Shown here piece by piece: positions 1 to 9,800 of a DNA stretch of 24,222 bases (the stretch's first letter is position 1; every line of letters begins with the position of its first letter). The stretch covers positions 1 to 24,222 of IMG/VR virus record IMGVR_UViG_3300021599_001088. One strand, given 5' to 3'. The stretch is from a virus (taxonomy: Duplodnaviria; Caudoviricetes). The notes beneath the pieces are model-generated. The model was not told the DNA's origin. It ran no database searches and worked only from the letters and a program-made list of their open reading frames with translations. Position numbers and translations under genes: made by a program.

Positions 1-5
1 TGACA

Positions 6-1403
6 CTAAAGCACATCCATCCCAAACCTAAACTCAATATGGTTAGTAGTATTAGGAGACTTAAGAATTGGCTGAGATCCTGTGTTTTTAATAACAGAGT
101 AGCCACTTAAACCATAAACTGGGTTAGAAGATGTTATATTTTCTAATCTTAAAGCATCTAATGCAACATAGTAGTTATCGCTTGGAGAAGCAATCTGTAC
201 TGTTGGGGATACTGCAGTTGAAGATACGACAGCCCCTGCGCTATTATACTTTATAGTATTTGATGTAACTTCTGTAATTTCAAATGTGCCGTCAAATCTT
301 CCAGAGTTTCCTAAACCAGCAACAATAATTTTGTTCCCTACACTAAAACTATGATTAGCGGAAGTCGTTAAAGTTACAACAGTATCGGTTGCAGATTTAT
401 TACTAACCAATGCAGTGCCTTTTATTACTGTGGCATAAAACTTTACAGTGTCTACAATATTCCAAGTAAAGCCAGATGTTTTAAGCAAGTCTTGTAGTGC
501 CACAGAAGAAACAAAATACCTATTTGTTGCAAAATCAACACCTGAGTCTGTTTCTTTTAATGCTACTTGGAGTCTTGCATACTGAGCGCCAGTTGTAGTT
601 GCTTCATCTGTATCTGAAAACTCAACAACAATTCTTACTTCATCTGGCTGAATTGAAGACTCTCCATCTTTATTAACAACAGAAAATGCAAGTTTAAGTT
701 GATCAGTAGGAGCATTTTTATTAAAATCAAGATTTACTCCAGTTAGATGTATGTGAGTTGACCCTGTTGGAATACCAACTGCTCCATCTGTAAGAGATAG
801 ATTGCTCATATCTCCTCTTATCATCATTATGTTATTTAAGAATCTACATCTTTCATACCTATTTACTCTCTCAGAGTTTGTAAAGGTTGGGTTATCTGCA
901 TTGGTTTGAAACACTGGCAGTTCTGTTAGTATTCCAGTTGAAGAGTATTTTCTTGATGAATCTATTTTATAAGAACCAGTAATAATATTATTATCACCTA
1001 AAGATATTTGTATGCTTGGAATGCTTAATGAGTTTGTTTGTATATGGTGCTCCCAGTTTTCTGCTCCGCTAAAAGAATAAATAGTTTTACTGTCATAGGC
1101 TCCTGCGCTTGGATTAGCCCCAGCAGACCACAGTCCAACTTCAGTTATTTCATATCTTTCTGCAGTGGGAAGTTCTGCTGTAAAAACAATTTTTGATTGG
1201 CCTTCTTCGGTAACATATCCACGAGAAGTAATGGGTACACGAAACATTTCAAAGTCTAATGATTGCTTGTCTGAATAGTCTCCAAGTGTTGCATTAAGGG
1301 CTAGTGGCTTTGCTCCACAACCAATTGCAATATGTGAAGCATAGGCAGGTGCCTGCCCAATAAGGTATTTAGCCAAAATATTTTTACCTGTATTAGTTAT
1401 CAT
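6..1403 (-). CDS. Baseplate / tail-fibre attachment minor tail protein
   Basis: 465-aa ORF with AGGAG RBS upstream. N-terminus MITNTGKNILAKYL..SHIAIGCG and ITEVGLWS resemble tail-fibre/baseplate anchoring N-termini. Lies downstream of the hub gene. Confidence 0.6.
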   Translation of the reverse strand: MITNTGKNILAKYLIGQAPAYASHIAIGCGAKPLALNATLGDYSDKQSLDFEMFRVPITSRGYVTEEGQSKIVFTAELPTAERYEITEVGLWSAGANPSAGAYDSKTIYSFSGAENWEHHIQTNSLSIPSIQISLGDNNIITGSYKIDSSRKYSSTGILTELPVFQTNADNPTFTNSERVNRYERCRFLNNIMMIRGDMSNLSLTDGAVGIPTGSTHIHLTGVNLDFNKNAPTDQLKLAFSVVNKDGESSIQPDEVRIVVEFSDTDEATTTGAQYARLQVALKETDSGVDFATNRYFVSSVALQDLLKTSGFTWNIVDTVKFYATVIKGTALVSNKSATDTVVTLTTSANHSFSVGNKIIVAGLGNSGRFDGTFEITEVTSNTIKYNSAGAVVSSTAVSPTVQIASPSDNYYVALDALRLENITSSNPVYGLSGYSVIKNTGSQPILKSPNTTNHIEFRFGMDVL

Positions 1404-1411
1404 TTTTACTC

Positions 1412-1918
1412 CTATTCATATATTGTACCATTAAGTGTATCTCCACTATCCAATATTTGTATATCTACCTGCTCGTCAGGATCAAGTGATGAAACGTTTA
1501 TGACCATATCTCCTGTAGTTGGATCTATATATACCACCTCGCCATTTGGACCTGTTCCGTAGGCTGGAAGTTTGTTCTCTAATTTAATTGGAAAGTTTTT
1601 AAAATATGTATCGGAAGTACTTTCTAACCTGATTATGTTGTTTGGGTTATACTGAATGTATAGGTCTTTTAGATTTTTTATTGGGCTATAGACTACATCT
1701 TGCCCGTCAATAATATCATTTCTTGAAATATTAATTAATTCTTGTCCCCCAATATTTTCAAAAATTAAGTCTGTCATCCTCTCTTCACTTAGAGTTGGAT
1801 TGCTAAGTGCAAGTAAAGGTGGGGTTGCAGGCTTTGTTGCCTTCTGAGATAAGTTCAACTGCTCCATATGGCGCTGTGAAATAGACATAGATTGATTTGC
1901 TACTGCATCAGTTGCCAT
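1412..1918 (-). CDS. Minor tail protein, function unknown
   Basis: 168-aa ORF. Start overlaps the upstream stop (TAATG at 1916-1920) with GAGG upstream. Located in the tail-tip cluster. Confidence 0.6.
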   Translation of the reverse strand: MATDAVANQSMSISQRHMEQLNLSQKATKPATPPLLALSNPTLSEERMTDLIFENIGGQELINISRNDIIDGQDVVYSPIKNLKDLYIQYNPNNIIRLESTSDTYFKNFPIKLENKLPAYGTGPNGEVVYIDPTTGDMVINVSSLDPDEQVDIQILDSGDTLNGTIYE

Positions 1919-4900
1919 TAAACTACCTCACTTAAAAATACTGTCATTGATGGACCACTTTGATCTTTAGAGTACTCTATATTGTACACAACAAATCTAC
2001 TGCTTTTTGGTGAAACCATTTCAATTAAATTATCAATATAGTCTAAATTAATTATGTCTCCTAATTGAATCATTGGATTTGCAAAAATCTTAACTCCAAC
2101 AGACTTTCTTGGCTTCATTATTTTATTAATCACCCAAGACATTAAACTTTCTGCAGCATCTTGTGACTGAATGTATGGAACATCTAAACTAAAATCTTTT
2201 TTACCATAAGACATTCTGCTTAACTTTATATCTTGATAATCTTTTTTAATTTTAAGCGGGGACACTACCAAAGAAGATCCAACTACTTCTGGATTAGCAA
2301 GATTGCTATTTTTTGAAAAATATTCGTCAACTGTTAAATCTACATTTGATTCTTGGGTAAATGTTATTCCTTGTATTTTTAAATAGTTGCCAGATGTTGA
2401 ATCTAAATTTAATGTTGTATCTGTTGCATTAAAAACTAAAAACTCTGCCCCATAAGATCCTGCTCTAAATCCAGAAATAACATAACCTTTTAGTTTATTA
2501 AAAGTAGGAGATATTTTTGCATAAAGGGCTGGGTATGCTTTATCATACTTAATATTAAACGATGCAGCCTCTCTCATAATTGTTCCGAATTCTTCAAAAT
2601 ACATATCAAATGCTGATGGCTCGGCAGAGGTTATTCCTGATAAATATGTTTCTTGAACTGCTCCACTCATAGCGTACTTCATAAATGATTCGTTTGCATT
2701 TATTTCAGAATCTCCAAAGGCTGATGCTATCGGGGCATTAATTTTAAAAGCAGTATTTTGTGAGTAATTATATCCTAAAGCATAAATATTTTCAAACATC
2801 ACTCTGGATGAACCACGAACAAAGAGAGCCATATTATTGTATACTGGAAGTGGGTCTTCGTCATCTACCTCTGCAACAAGGTTGTTGTTTATATACAAAA
2901 AGAATCTTCTTTTTGTTCCTATATCTTGATACTCAATAGACAAATCATAAACTGTTGGATGTTTTTCTGCAGCCATTCTGTACTGACCAGTAAACATTCC
3001 GTCATCAACTATAATTCCTGCTAAGCCTTCATATAGTTTTATTGGAATAGCAGAAGAGCCAGAAGCCTTTATCTTATAAAATATAACGTCATTTACATTT
3101 TGTTTTTTAGCGTCATCTAAGTTATTTGATCCTAAAGCAATAATCTCAAAATAGTATCCATTGTTTGTTAATGGATTAAGCATAACAGCAAGTCCTCCAG
3201 ATCCTCCAACCACACTTATGCTTTTATCTGGAGTTGTTCCTGCAACCGTGTAATATGTAGCAGCACCAACAGATGTTTGTCCACGGTTTGCATCATTTTC
3301 AATTTTTCCAATGACTCTCATTCTCGTTCCAAAGTGTTTATACTTATTGCTTAAATTTTTATATACATAGGAAACAAAGTCAAGAGGAGATTCTGTTGTA
3401 GTAAATCCTGGACCATTCATAATTAGTGCTGATGACTGTATTGTTCCTGCTTGTGTGGATAACATAGCATTGATATTTGATTCAGATATATACTTTGATG
3501 CTAAAGGATTTTTAATAATGCCGCTTCTTGATGTTTTTTGTGCAAGAGTATTATTTATTCCTGCAGGGCCAACAGTTGTTGCGGGAAGAGTTTGATTTAA
3601 ATTAAACAAATACTTTGATTCCATAGTGCATCCACGAACATTTTCATTATTAGACCAGTATGGACTGACTCCTGCAGAGTGAGAAATAACTGCTGTTCCA
3701 AACTGTCCTCTTCCGTGTTTTGCTACTGGCCCATTTTTTAATTTTGTAACTCCAAAAACTTCTTCATAGTTTGGCTCAGAGTATATTCTTACTAATCCTG
3801 TTGGATAAATTTTTCCATTAAATGGTAGTGATGAAAAATACTTTTCATATTCCTGAACGCTATCTATCCAGACATCACCAGTACCAGATATATTATATTG
3901 AACAGCATCATATTTAATAATTTCTCCGTTTGAATAAAAGTATCCATTGTATCTTGTTATAAAGAAAATTCCTTCTCCGAAATCAATAACATTATCAACA
4001 ACTCTATTATTTTTTACCGATGGTACTTCTGACGACAAGTTTGAGTTTAAAGGTATTGCACTTAGTGAATAGGTTGACTGATTTTGAATTTCTTGATTTA
4101 TAGACTTTGTGCCTTCTGAGCCACCCAATTCCCAAAGAACTACTGGCTTATAAATCCAAACCTTTTCGTTGTCTACAAGGCTTGCCTGCCTGACTGTTCC
4201 AACTGATCTTTCTATAGATCTTGCAGTATAAGTAATTTTTCCATCATTGTAAACCTCATTATCCTGGGATGTTATCTCCAAGATATTTGAAAGTTTATTG
4301 TTTGTTCTTTCATTCTTGATAACTCCCGTGTCAGAAAAATCTGTGGTTCCATAAAGAGTTATATCTACTGGTCTTTGATTAACTGATGGCATAATGTAGT
4401 CTTTGCTCATCATAACAAAATTATTATATTCATCAAAGAACATTGCAGTCTGTGTTGACACTGCAATATCTTCTAATACCTCTGCCACACTTTTTTCTGG
4501 AGGAATAAAGAAATAAGGAATGATAACCTCAGATTCTCCTTCAACCCTTTTAAAAACATAATTAGAAAATCCAATAGAGTCAAGTAGCAACGATACTGCT
4601 GAACTAACAGATGTATTTGTAAGCAATATTTGCGGAGCGATTCTTGACTCAAAATAAAAATATAAATCTCTAAGTTCTATAGATACTTCTTTAGACTGAT
4701 TATCTAGTTTTGGAAATCCATCAGAGTACATGGTCTTGATTGGAATATAATACTCAGTTGCAGAATTATCTGTAATTACTTCGTAAAGTTTAAATTGAAT
4801 ATTTTTAGAAACATACTTACTAATAATGCTTAAATTATTTGATGGATGAAAGGCATCATCAAAGTCAAACAAAGAAATTGATCCTGTTGAAGCAAGAAGT

Positions 4901-6192
4901 TGCCCCACTGGTAACCCGCTAACCCCTAAATCTGAAGCACTTTTGTTAACAGAAAACTCTAGAACTCTATCGCTTAAGTCTGATACAAGTCTTGGAGATA
5001 GTTCAATTAAATCAAATGTGGAATCAAACTTATTCATACTGTCTATCACAATTCTTATTCCAGAAATATATTCAAACTCTTTATACTTAATTTGATTGCT
5101 TATTGTAAATGCTGGGGGATTAGTTAAGTCTGTAACAAAACTTGTAAGAGTTCCAACATTAGAGTCTTCAAGTCTCCAACCATAAGAAGGAATAAAAGTC
5201 TTCCATTCTCCTTTATACCAAACATAATATGTGCCTAAAGACATACTGTTAGAGATAACTAAGTAAGCATCGCCTTCTTGGGCTGTCTCTGGCTTTAATG
5301 TTTCTGAAGATAACTCTGCAATAAACTTGAATATATTTGAATAAATCTTTGGAACAATCAAACCGTATGAAACTTCAACATATCCATCAGATCCAATTAT
5401 TGATTTACCATCTTTTCTTCTATCTCTATCAGAAAAAGATATAGCATCCACCCAATTGTTATTTTTCAATACCTGAATCTTCCAGTTATTTGGAGTTGTC
5501 TGATTTGCTTCTCCATAGTATGGGTCTAAGAATGATTCAGAGGAGTTGTAAAATGTTCTATAGTCTATTTCCCCTGTATTGGTTTGCATCTTTACAATTA
5601 GTCTATTTGCTGGAACCTTTTCCTTATATACAACAAATGGTGCTGTATCTTCTATTCTATGTTTTCCATTAATAGTTTTGTTAGCAACTCCATACTCAAT
5701 ACCGTTTTCTGTTCTAAAAGAAGTCCAATACTTAAAGGGATCATCTTTATCTGACATATAGTATCTTGGTCTTTTGGCCATATTAATATTTGGGTTATGC
5801 AAAAACTTTCCATTAAGATATGTTGCTTTATTAATACCAGATCTTGGTCTCTGATAACCAAAGCAATCTTCCAGAGAATAAAGCATCTTCATTTTTTCTT
5901 TAATTGGTTTTAGTATTGCTGGATCCCCATTATCCTCAAAGCCACCATCAATAACTACATCTGCATCTGTTGCTCCATAGTAAAATGCTGGAGAAGAGTC
6001 TTTGTTCTCTACAATAAAAGTATTAGGGATAGTTCTATAAATAGAAGTAGGATCGTTTGGACGATATCTATAGTTCCCTAGCATAGAAATGTTTGTTGCA
6101 ATATTCATATTCCATTCAGCAATGACTGAAGATTTTGTTTTAACAGAAGAACTTGTTTCTATATAATCTAATAATTCTTTGTTTTGAAACAT
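1918..6192 (-). CDS. Large baseplate hub / tail-tip (Tal-like) protein with beta-rich, possibly lectin-like regions
   Basis: Long ORF. True start is probably ATG 6192 (MFQNKELL), coupled by TAATG to the upstream stop, rather than 6225. Hub-like segments SVAEVLEDIAVSTQTAMFFDEYNNFV and C-terminal ANPMIQLGDIINL. Second gene after the tape measure locus. Confidence 0.7.
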   Translation of the reverse strand: MFQNKELLDYIETSSSVKTKSSVIAEWNMNIATNISMLGNYRYRPNDPTSIYRTIPNTFIVENKDSSPAFYYGATDADVVIDGGFEDNGDPAILKPIKEKMKMLYSLEDCFGYQRPRSGINKATYLNGKFLHNPNINMAKRPRYYMSDKDDPFKYWTSFRTENGIEYGVANKTINGKHRIEDTAPFVVYKEKVPANRLIVKMQTNTGEIDYRTFYNSSESFLDPYYGEANQTTPNNWKIQVLKNNNWVDAISFSDRDRRKDGKSIIGSDGYVEVSYGLIVPKIYSNIFKFIAELSSETLKPETAQEGDAYLVISNSMSLGTYYVWYKGEWKTFIPSYGWRLEDSNVGTLTSFVTDLTNPPAFTISNQIKYKEFEYISGIRIVIDSMNKFDSTFDLIELSPRLVSDLSDRVLEFSVNKSASDLGVSGLPVGQLLASTGSISLFDFDDAFHPSNNLSIISKYVSKNIQFKLYEVITDNSATEYYIPIKTMYSDGFPKLDNQSKEVSIELRDLYFYFESRIAPQILLTNTSVSSAVSLLLDSIGFSNYVFKRVEGESEVIIPYFFIPPEKSVAEVLEDIAVSTQTAMFFDEYNNFVMMSKDYIMPSVNQRPVDITLYGTTDFSDTGVIKNERTNNKLSNILEITSQDNEVYNDGKITYTARSIERSVGTVRQASLVDNEKVWIYKPVVLWELGGSEGTKSINQEIQNQSTYSLSAIPLNSNLSSEVPSVKNNRVVDNVIDFGEGIFFITRYNGYFYSNGEIIKYDAVQYNISGTGDVWIDSVQEYEKYFSSLPFNGKIYPTGLVRIYSEPNYEEVFGVTKLKNGPVAKHGRGQFGTAVISHSAGVSPYWSNNENVRGCTMESKYLFNLNQTLPATTVGPAGINNTLAQKTSRSGIIKNPLASKYISESNINAMLSTQAGTIQSSALIMNGPGFTTTESPLDFVSYVYKNLSNKYKHFGTRMRVIGKIENDANRGQTSVGAATYYTVAGTTPDKSISVVGGSGGLAVMLNPLTNNGYYFEIIALGSNNLDDAKKQNVNDVIFYKIKASGSSAIPIKLYEGLAGIIVDDGMFTGQYRMAAEKHPTVYDLSIEYQDIGTKRRFFLYINNNLVAEVDDEDPLPVYNNMALFVRGSSRVMFENIYALGYNYSQNTAFKINAPIASAFGDSEINANESFMKYAMSGAVQETYLSGITSAEPSAFDMYFEEFGTIMREAASFNIKYDKAYPALYAKISPTFNKLKGYVISGFRAGSYGAEFLVFNATDTTLNLDSTSGNYLKIQGITFTQESNVDLTVDEYFSKNSNLANPEVVGSSLVVSPLKIKKDYQDIKLSRMSYGKKDFSLDVPYIQSQDAAESLMSWVINKIMKPRKSVGVKIFANPMIQLGDIINLDYIDNLIEMVSPKSSRFVVYNIEYSKDQSGPSMTVFLSEVV

Positions 6193-6851
6193 TATGCCTC
6201 TTCCAGTGATAGAGACACATTCCAAAAGTCAAAGTTCAAACCACTTCGTTTTACAACCGAGTAACTAAAGTCTGCAAAAAAGACTTCTATGATCTCATTA
6301 TATTTATTTACATTGTTAAACCTGTTGTCTTTTGCACTGCTATCTGTGTCCTCAAAATTTGTGTACTTATCGTAGGCAAGGTAGACCCAAAAAGATCCTT
6401 TGTGGTTATCGTACCAGTTAAGGAGTTCTACTCCACCTGCTCCACCATCTGTTGTAAACTCTAGTGGGTTTGGTCTAGTGAGTACATTTTTTACCATATC
6501 TGGATTTCCATTAGCATCAAATCCTGCTTTTGTATCATAGGCTCTGGATGGCAACATATTCCAAGATGCTGATATATTTAGTTTGTCTGCAATGTGATAT
6601 GACCTCATACGGCCATTGATCATTCTCTCCCGCTTTTCAATTCTAACGGGACTAAAGTCTATTTCTGACCTATTATCATCAGACAGGATTAAAAACTCGC
6701 CATTGGTGGCTGTAAAGCCCGTAGAAGACCCTATTTCGTTTCCATCTGGGATGTAAAATCCATCAACCAAGGTTCCAGGGTTGTCTGCAAATAGCATTGC
6801 TTGGGGTCTAGAATATTTTTTTCTACCAGACATATAAGTATTGTTTGCCAT
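6192..6851 (-). CDS. Distal tail (Dit)-like minor tail protein
   Basis: 219 aa, immediately after the tape measure locus with TAATG coupling. Ends in WNVSLSLEEA, typical of Dit-like proteins, and contains an IEKRERMINGRMR hairpin-like motif. Confidence 0.6.
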   Translation of the reverse strand: MANNTYMSGRKKYSRPQAMLFADNPGTLVDGFYIPDGNEIGSSTGFTATNGEFLILSDDNRSEIDFSPVRIEKRERMINGRMRSYHIADKLNISASWNMLPSRAYDTKAGFDANGNPDMVKNVLTRPNPLEFTTDGGAGGVELLNWYDNHKGSFWVYLAYDKYTNFEDTDSSAKDNRFNNVNKYNEIIEVFFADFSYSVVKRSGLNFDFWNVSLSLEEA

Positions 6852-9800
6852 TAGATTCTAGTCCCCCTAATTCTTTGAGCATCTACGCTCTTTATTTGTA
6901 CCATAACTGCTCTTGCAATCTCATCTGGATTGGCATCAGACTTTACATTTAAGTTAAGGTTATAATTATACACTGAATCCCCAACTGATGAGCCAGAATT
7001 TATTGCCTTCATTGTGTCTGTTCCATATGATTGAACAGCATATTTACTCATAACAAATTCTCCTGGAGTTAGCATCGCTGGAACTGTGTCGGTTCCCATT
7101 GCATATCCACCAGCAGCAAAGTGCTTTGGAATTAGTCTACCAGTTTTTTTATCAATACCAATATCTAAAGGTAGTGGTGCTAAACTGCTCTTAGGTATAC
7201 TTTCTTTAGAAATAGGCTTAGTTTCATAGTTATAATAACCTACAAGGTTTCTTAATTGTTCTGTATCTGATTTACTAATAAAGGCTGGAGTCATACCCCC
7301 AATTGGAAACATTATATTAAAAGGATTTTTTGCATGTCCAAAGAAAGCAGTAGTATTCTGGCGAATTCCATAAGGTGCATCGTATTCACCAATGTTTAAA
7401 GAATGAAGAATTTCGTGCGCTACTACACGTGCTCCACCTGCTCTGTTTTGGGTACCCAAGTTAAGTCCTCTTGGAGAAGTAAGGTTAATCTCTCTAGATC
7501 CAGCAACAGCATCTCCCGCAACACCTTGTTCGGCAAGCCGCTTGCTATCTGCCCAATTTATCTTAATTACATCTGGATCGTTTCTCATTCCAAATGTTGC
7601 TCTCTTAAATTGAACACCAGTTTGTCCTGTCAAATACTGAAGTCCTTGATTAACAATTGGGGAACGGTCTTTTGAATTAAAACGATTAGCCATATCATAA
7701 ACATATATTGTTTCAGCATTTGGGTTAAGTGTTTTCTTTTCCATCCATTTGGTACCATCGCCACTTGTCTCAACCCACTTATTTAAATCTTTATTTTTTC
7801 TATATGAATCTATTCTGTTAAGTATATTTAGTCCTAAGCCCATGCCTTTACCAACTAGCCCTATTGGGTTTAAAATACTACTAAATAATCTGCCAATTTT
7901 AGATTTGTCAACTTTTCCACCAGCAGCAAAGTAACTTGGAATTAGTCCGCCTTTTGACTTTAATAACACATTTCCAGAACCACCACGTAAATTTTTTACT
8001 TCTCTATCGTCCTTTCCAAACAAACTTCCTAACTTGCTAAAAAGTTTACCAAAATCTATTCCAGAGGACATTGATCCAGTTGGGTCCATTGTTCCACCAG
8101 TAAGTGTGCCCTTGTTAGATAGCATTGTTCCACCACTAAGTGCTCCATCGGTAGGTAATATTGATCCCCCACCAATAATTTCATATCTATGGTTTTCAGG
8201 CTTATACTCTGGGTAAGTTGTTTTATATGTATCTGGTAAAAATACTTCTGCTCTTCTATTTTGAGCCATGTTTTCTGGACTTGTATTTGGAACAAGTGGC
8301 TTATAAACACCATGACCTACTGGAACAAACGCAGTTTCTGGCACAAGTTTAGACAAATATTGTGCTGTTGCTTTTGCTCTATTTAGTGAAAGCAAATCAT
8401 TATCTACTCCACCTCTTGAGTCAGCATGGCCTTGAACTACAAGTGATTTTAATTTATGCTTGGCAATTTCCTTTGCAAGACTATCAAGTTCTTGTTTTTG
8501 TTTTTTGTTTAGTTTAAAAGAGTTTGTGTTAAAGTTGGCTCTGATTGGAGGAATTGAAATTTTTATTGTTTTTTTATTTTGTTCTTGATACTCTCTTTTT
8601 GCAGTATCATAAGGCGATTCAAGAAATCTTCCTGTAGTTGGAGGTCCTGGAACTTCTCCGCCATTTGCAAAGTAATTTGGTACTAAGCCACCTTGAGCCA
8701 TAATTAGAGTAGGATCAAATTTCCCAGGCTTAGGAACAGGGGCTGAAGGAGCAACCTTTCCAAAAGGAATTTTGCCTTGGGAATTCTTTAATCCAAAACC
8801 TGGAGATCCAACATTCCAATTTGTAACAATGTCATCAGTTTTATATCCAGAGTATCCCTTGGCTTGTAGTAGTCTTGCAAAATCATCTGTTATAGTTGCT
8901 AGAGGATCTATACCTGCTTTTGCTGCTTCTACTGCTAATTGAGCATCATCAATTGCTCCTTTTCCTAAAGCAGTTTTAATCCAAGCAAGTGGGGATAAAC
9001 TAAGTTTGTGTGCTTCTGTTCCAAATGTATCTCCCATAAAGGTACCTGTTGTTGATCCATATGTACCAGGTCCATACTGATGCATTGCATCAGTTGGTCT
9101 ACCTATACTAGGAAGTAACTCGTCTGGTGACTTGTGAGCATAGTGAACCCAATTTCTTGCTTCTGAAATATTTGCAAAAATCTTTGATAAAATTCCTGAA
9201 GATTTTTTTATTATTGGAGATCCTGCCTGTATTCCTTCTTTACCAATCTTTCCTATACCAAGGAAGTTTAGTGGGAATAGTGCAGCAGCAAATTTATCTC
9301 CTGCTTGGCCTTGCCCAGTTAGTTGCCTTAATACTGATCCTGCCCCCAAAGCATCTGCTTTTCCATTCATTCTCATAAATGATGGAATCATCTTTCCTGC
9401 ATCTTCTTGAGATTTTGTTAGTCTCTGAATGTAACTTGTAAACCAGTTATCCTTTGTTTCAGGTTTAGTTCCATACTTTGGTCTTGACCCAAACTTAGAA
9501 ACCTCTCCACCATCTGAATACATTCCAACATTCATTGCGTCAAGATTCTTAACGCCATATCTCTTTACTGCATCTTTTCTTAAGACATATTCTCCTGGTG
9601 TAAGCATTGCTGGGACTGTATCAGTTCCCTTTGCATACCCTCCAGATTCAAAAACACTTGGAACAAATCCACCTGAAGCAAATGTTGCAACTGCTTGACC
9701 AGGTTTAGCCTTACGCAAGGCTGCTGCAACTCTGGCTGCTTCTGCTGCAAGCATTGCTGCTTCTGCTGCTTCTGCTGCAAGTCTAGCAGCCTCTGCCTTA

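Noticed and set aside
1-6. Possible GTG start of the next gene overlapping the TAG stop at 6-8
   Set aside because: Only two codons lie in the window, so it cannot be supported.
6193-6225. Upstream start of the 1435-aa ORF (MECVSITGRGI)
   Set aside because: It overlaps the previous gene; ATG 6192 has TAATG coupling and a purine-rich upstream sequence.
7052-9682. Linker repeats as a CRISPR array, DGR template/variable repeats, inteins or IS ends
   Set aside because: The repeats are coding, in frame and irregularly spaced at 0.7-0.85 kb. No reverse transcriptase, Cas, transposase or intein splice motifs are seen.
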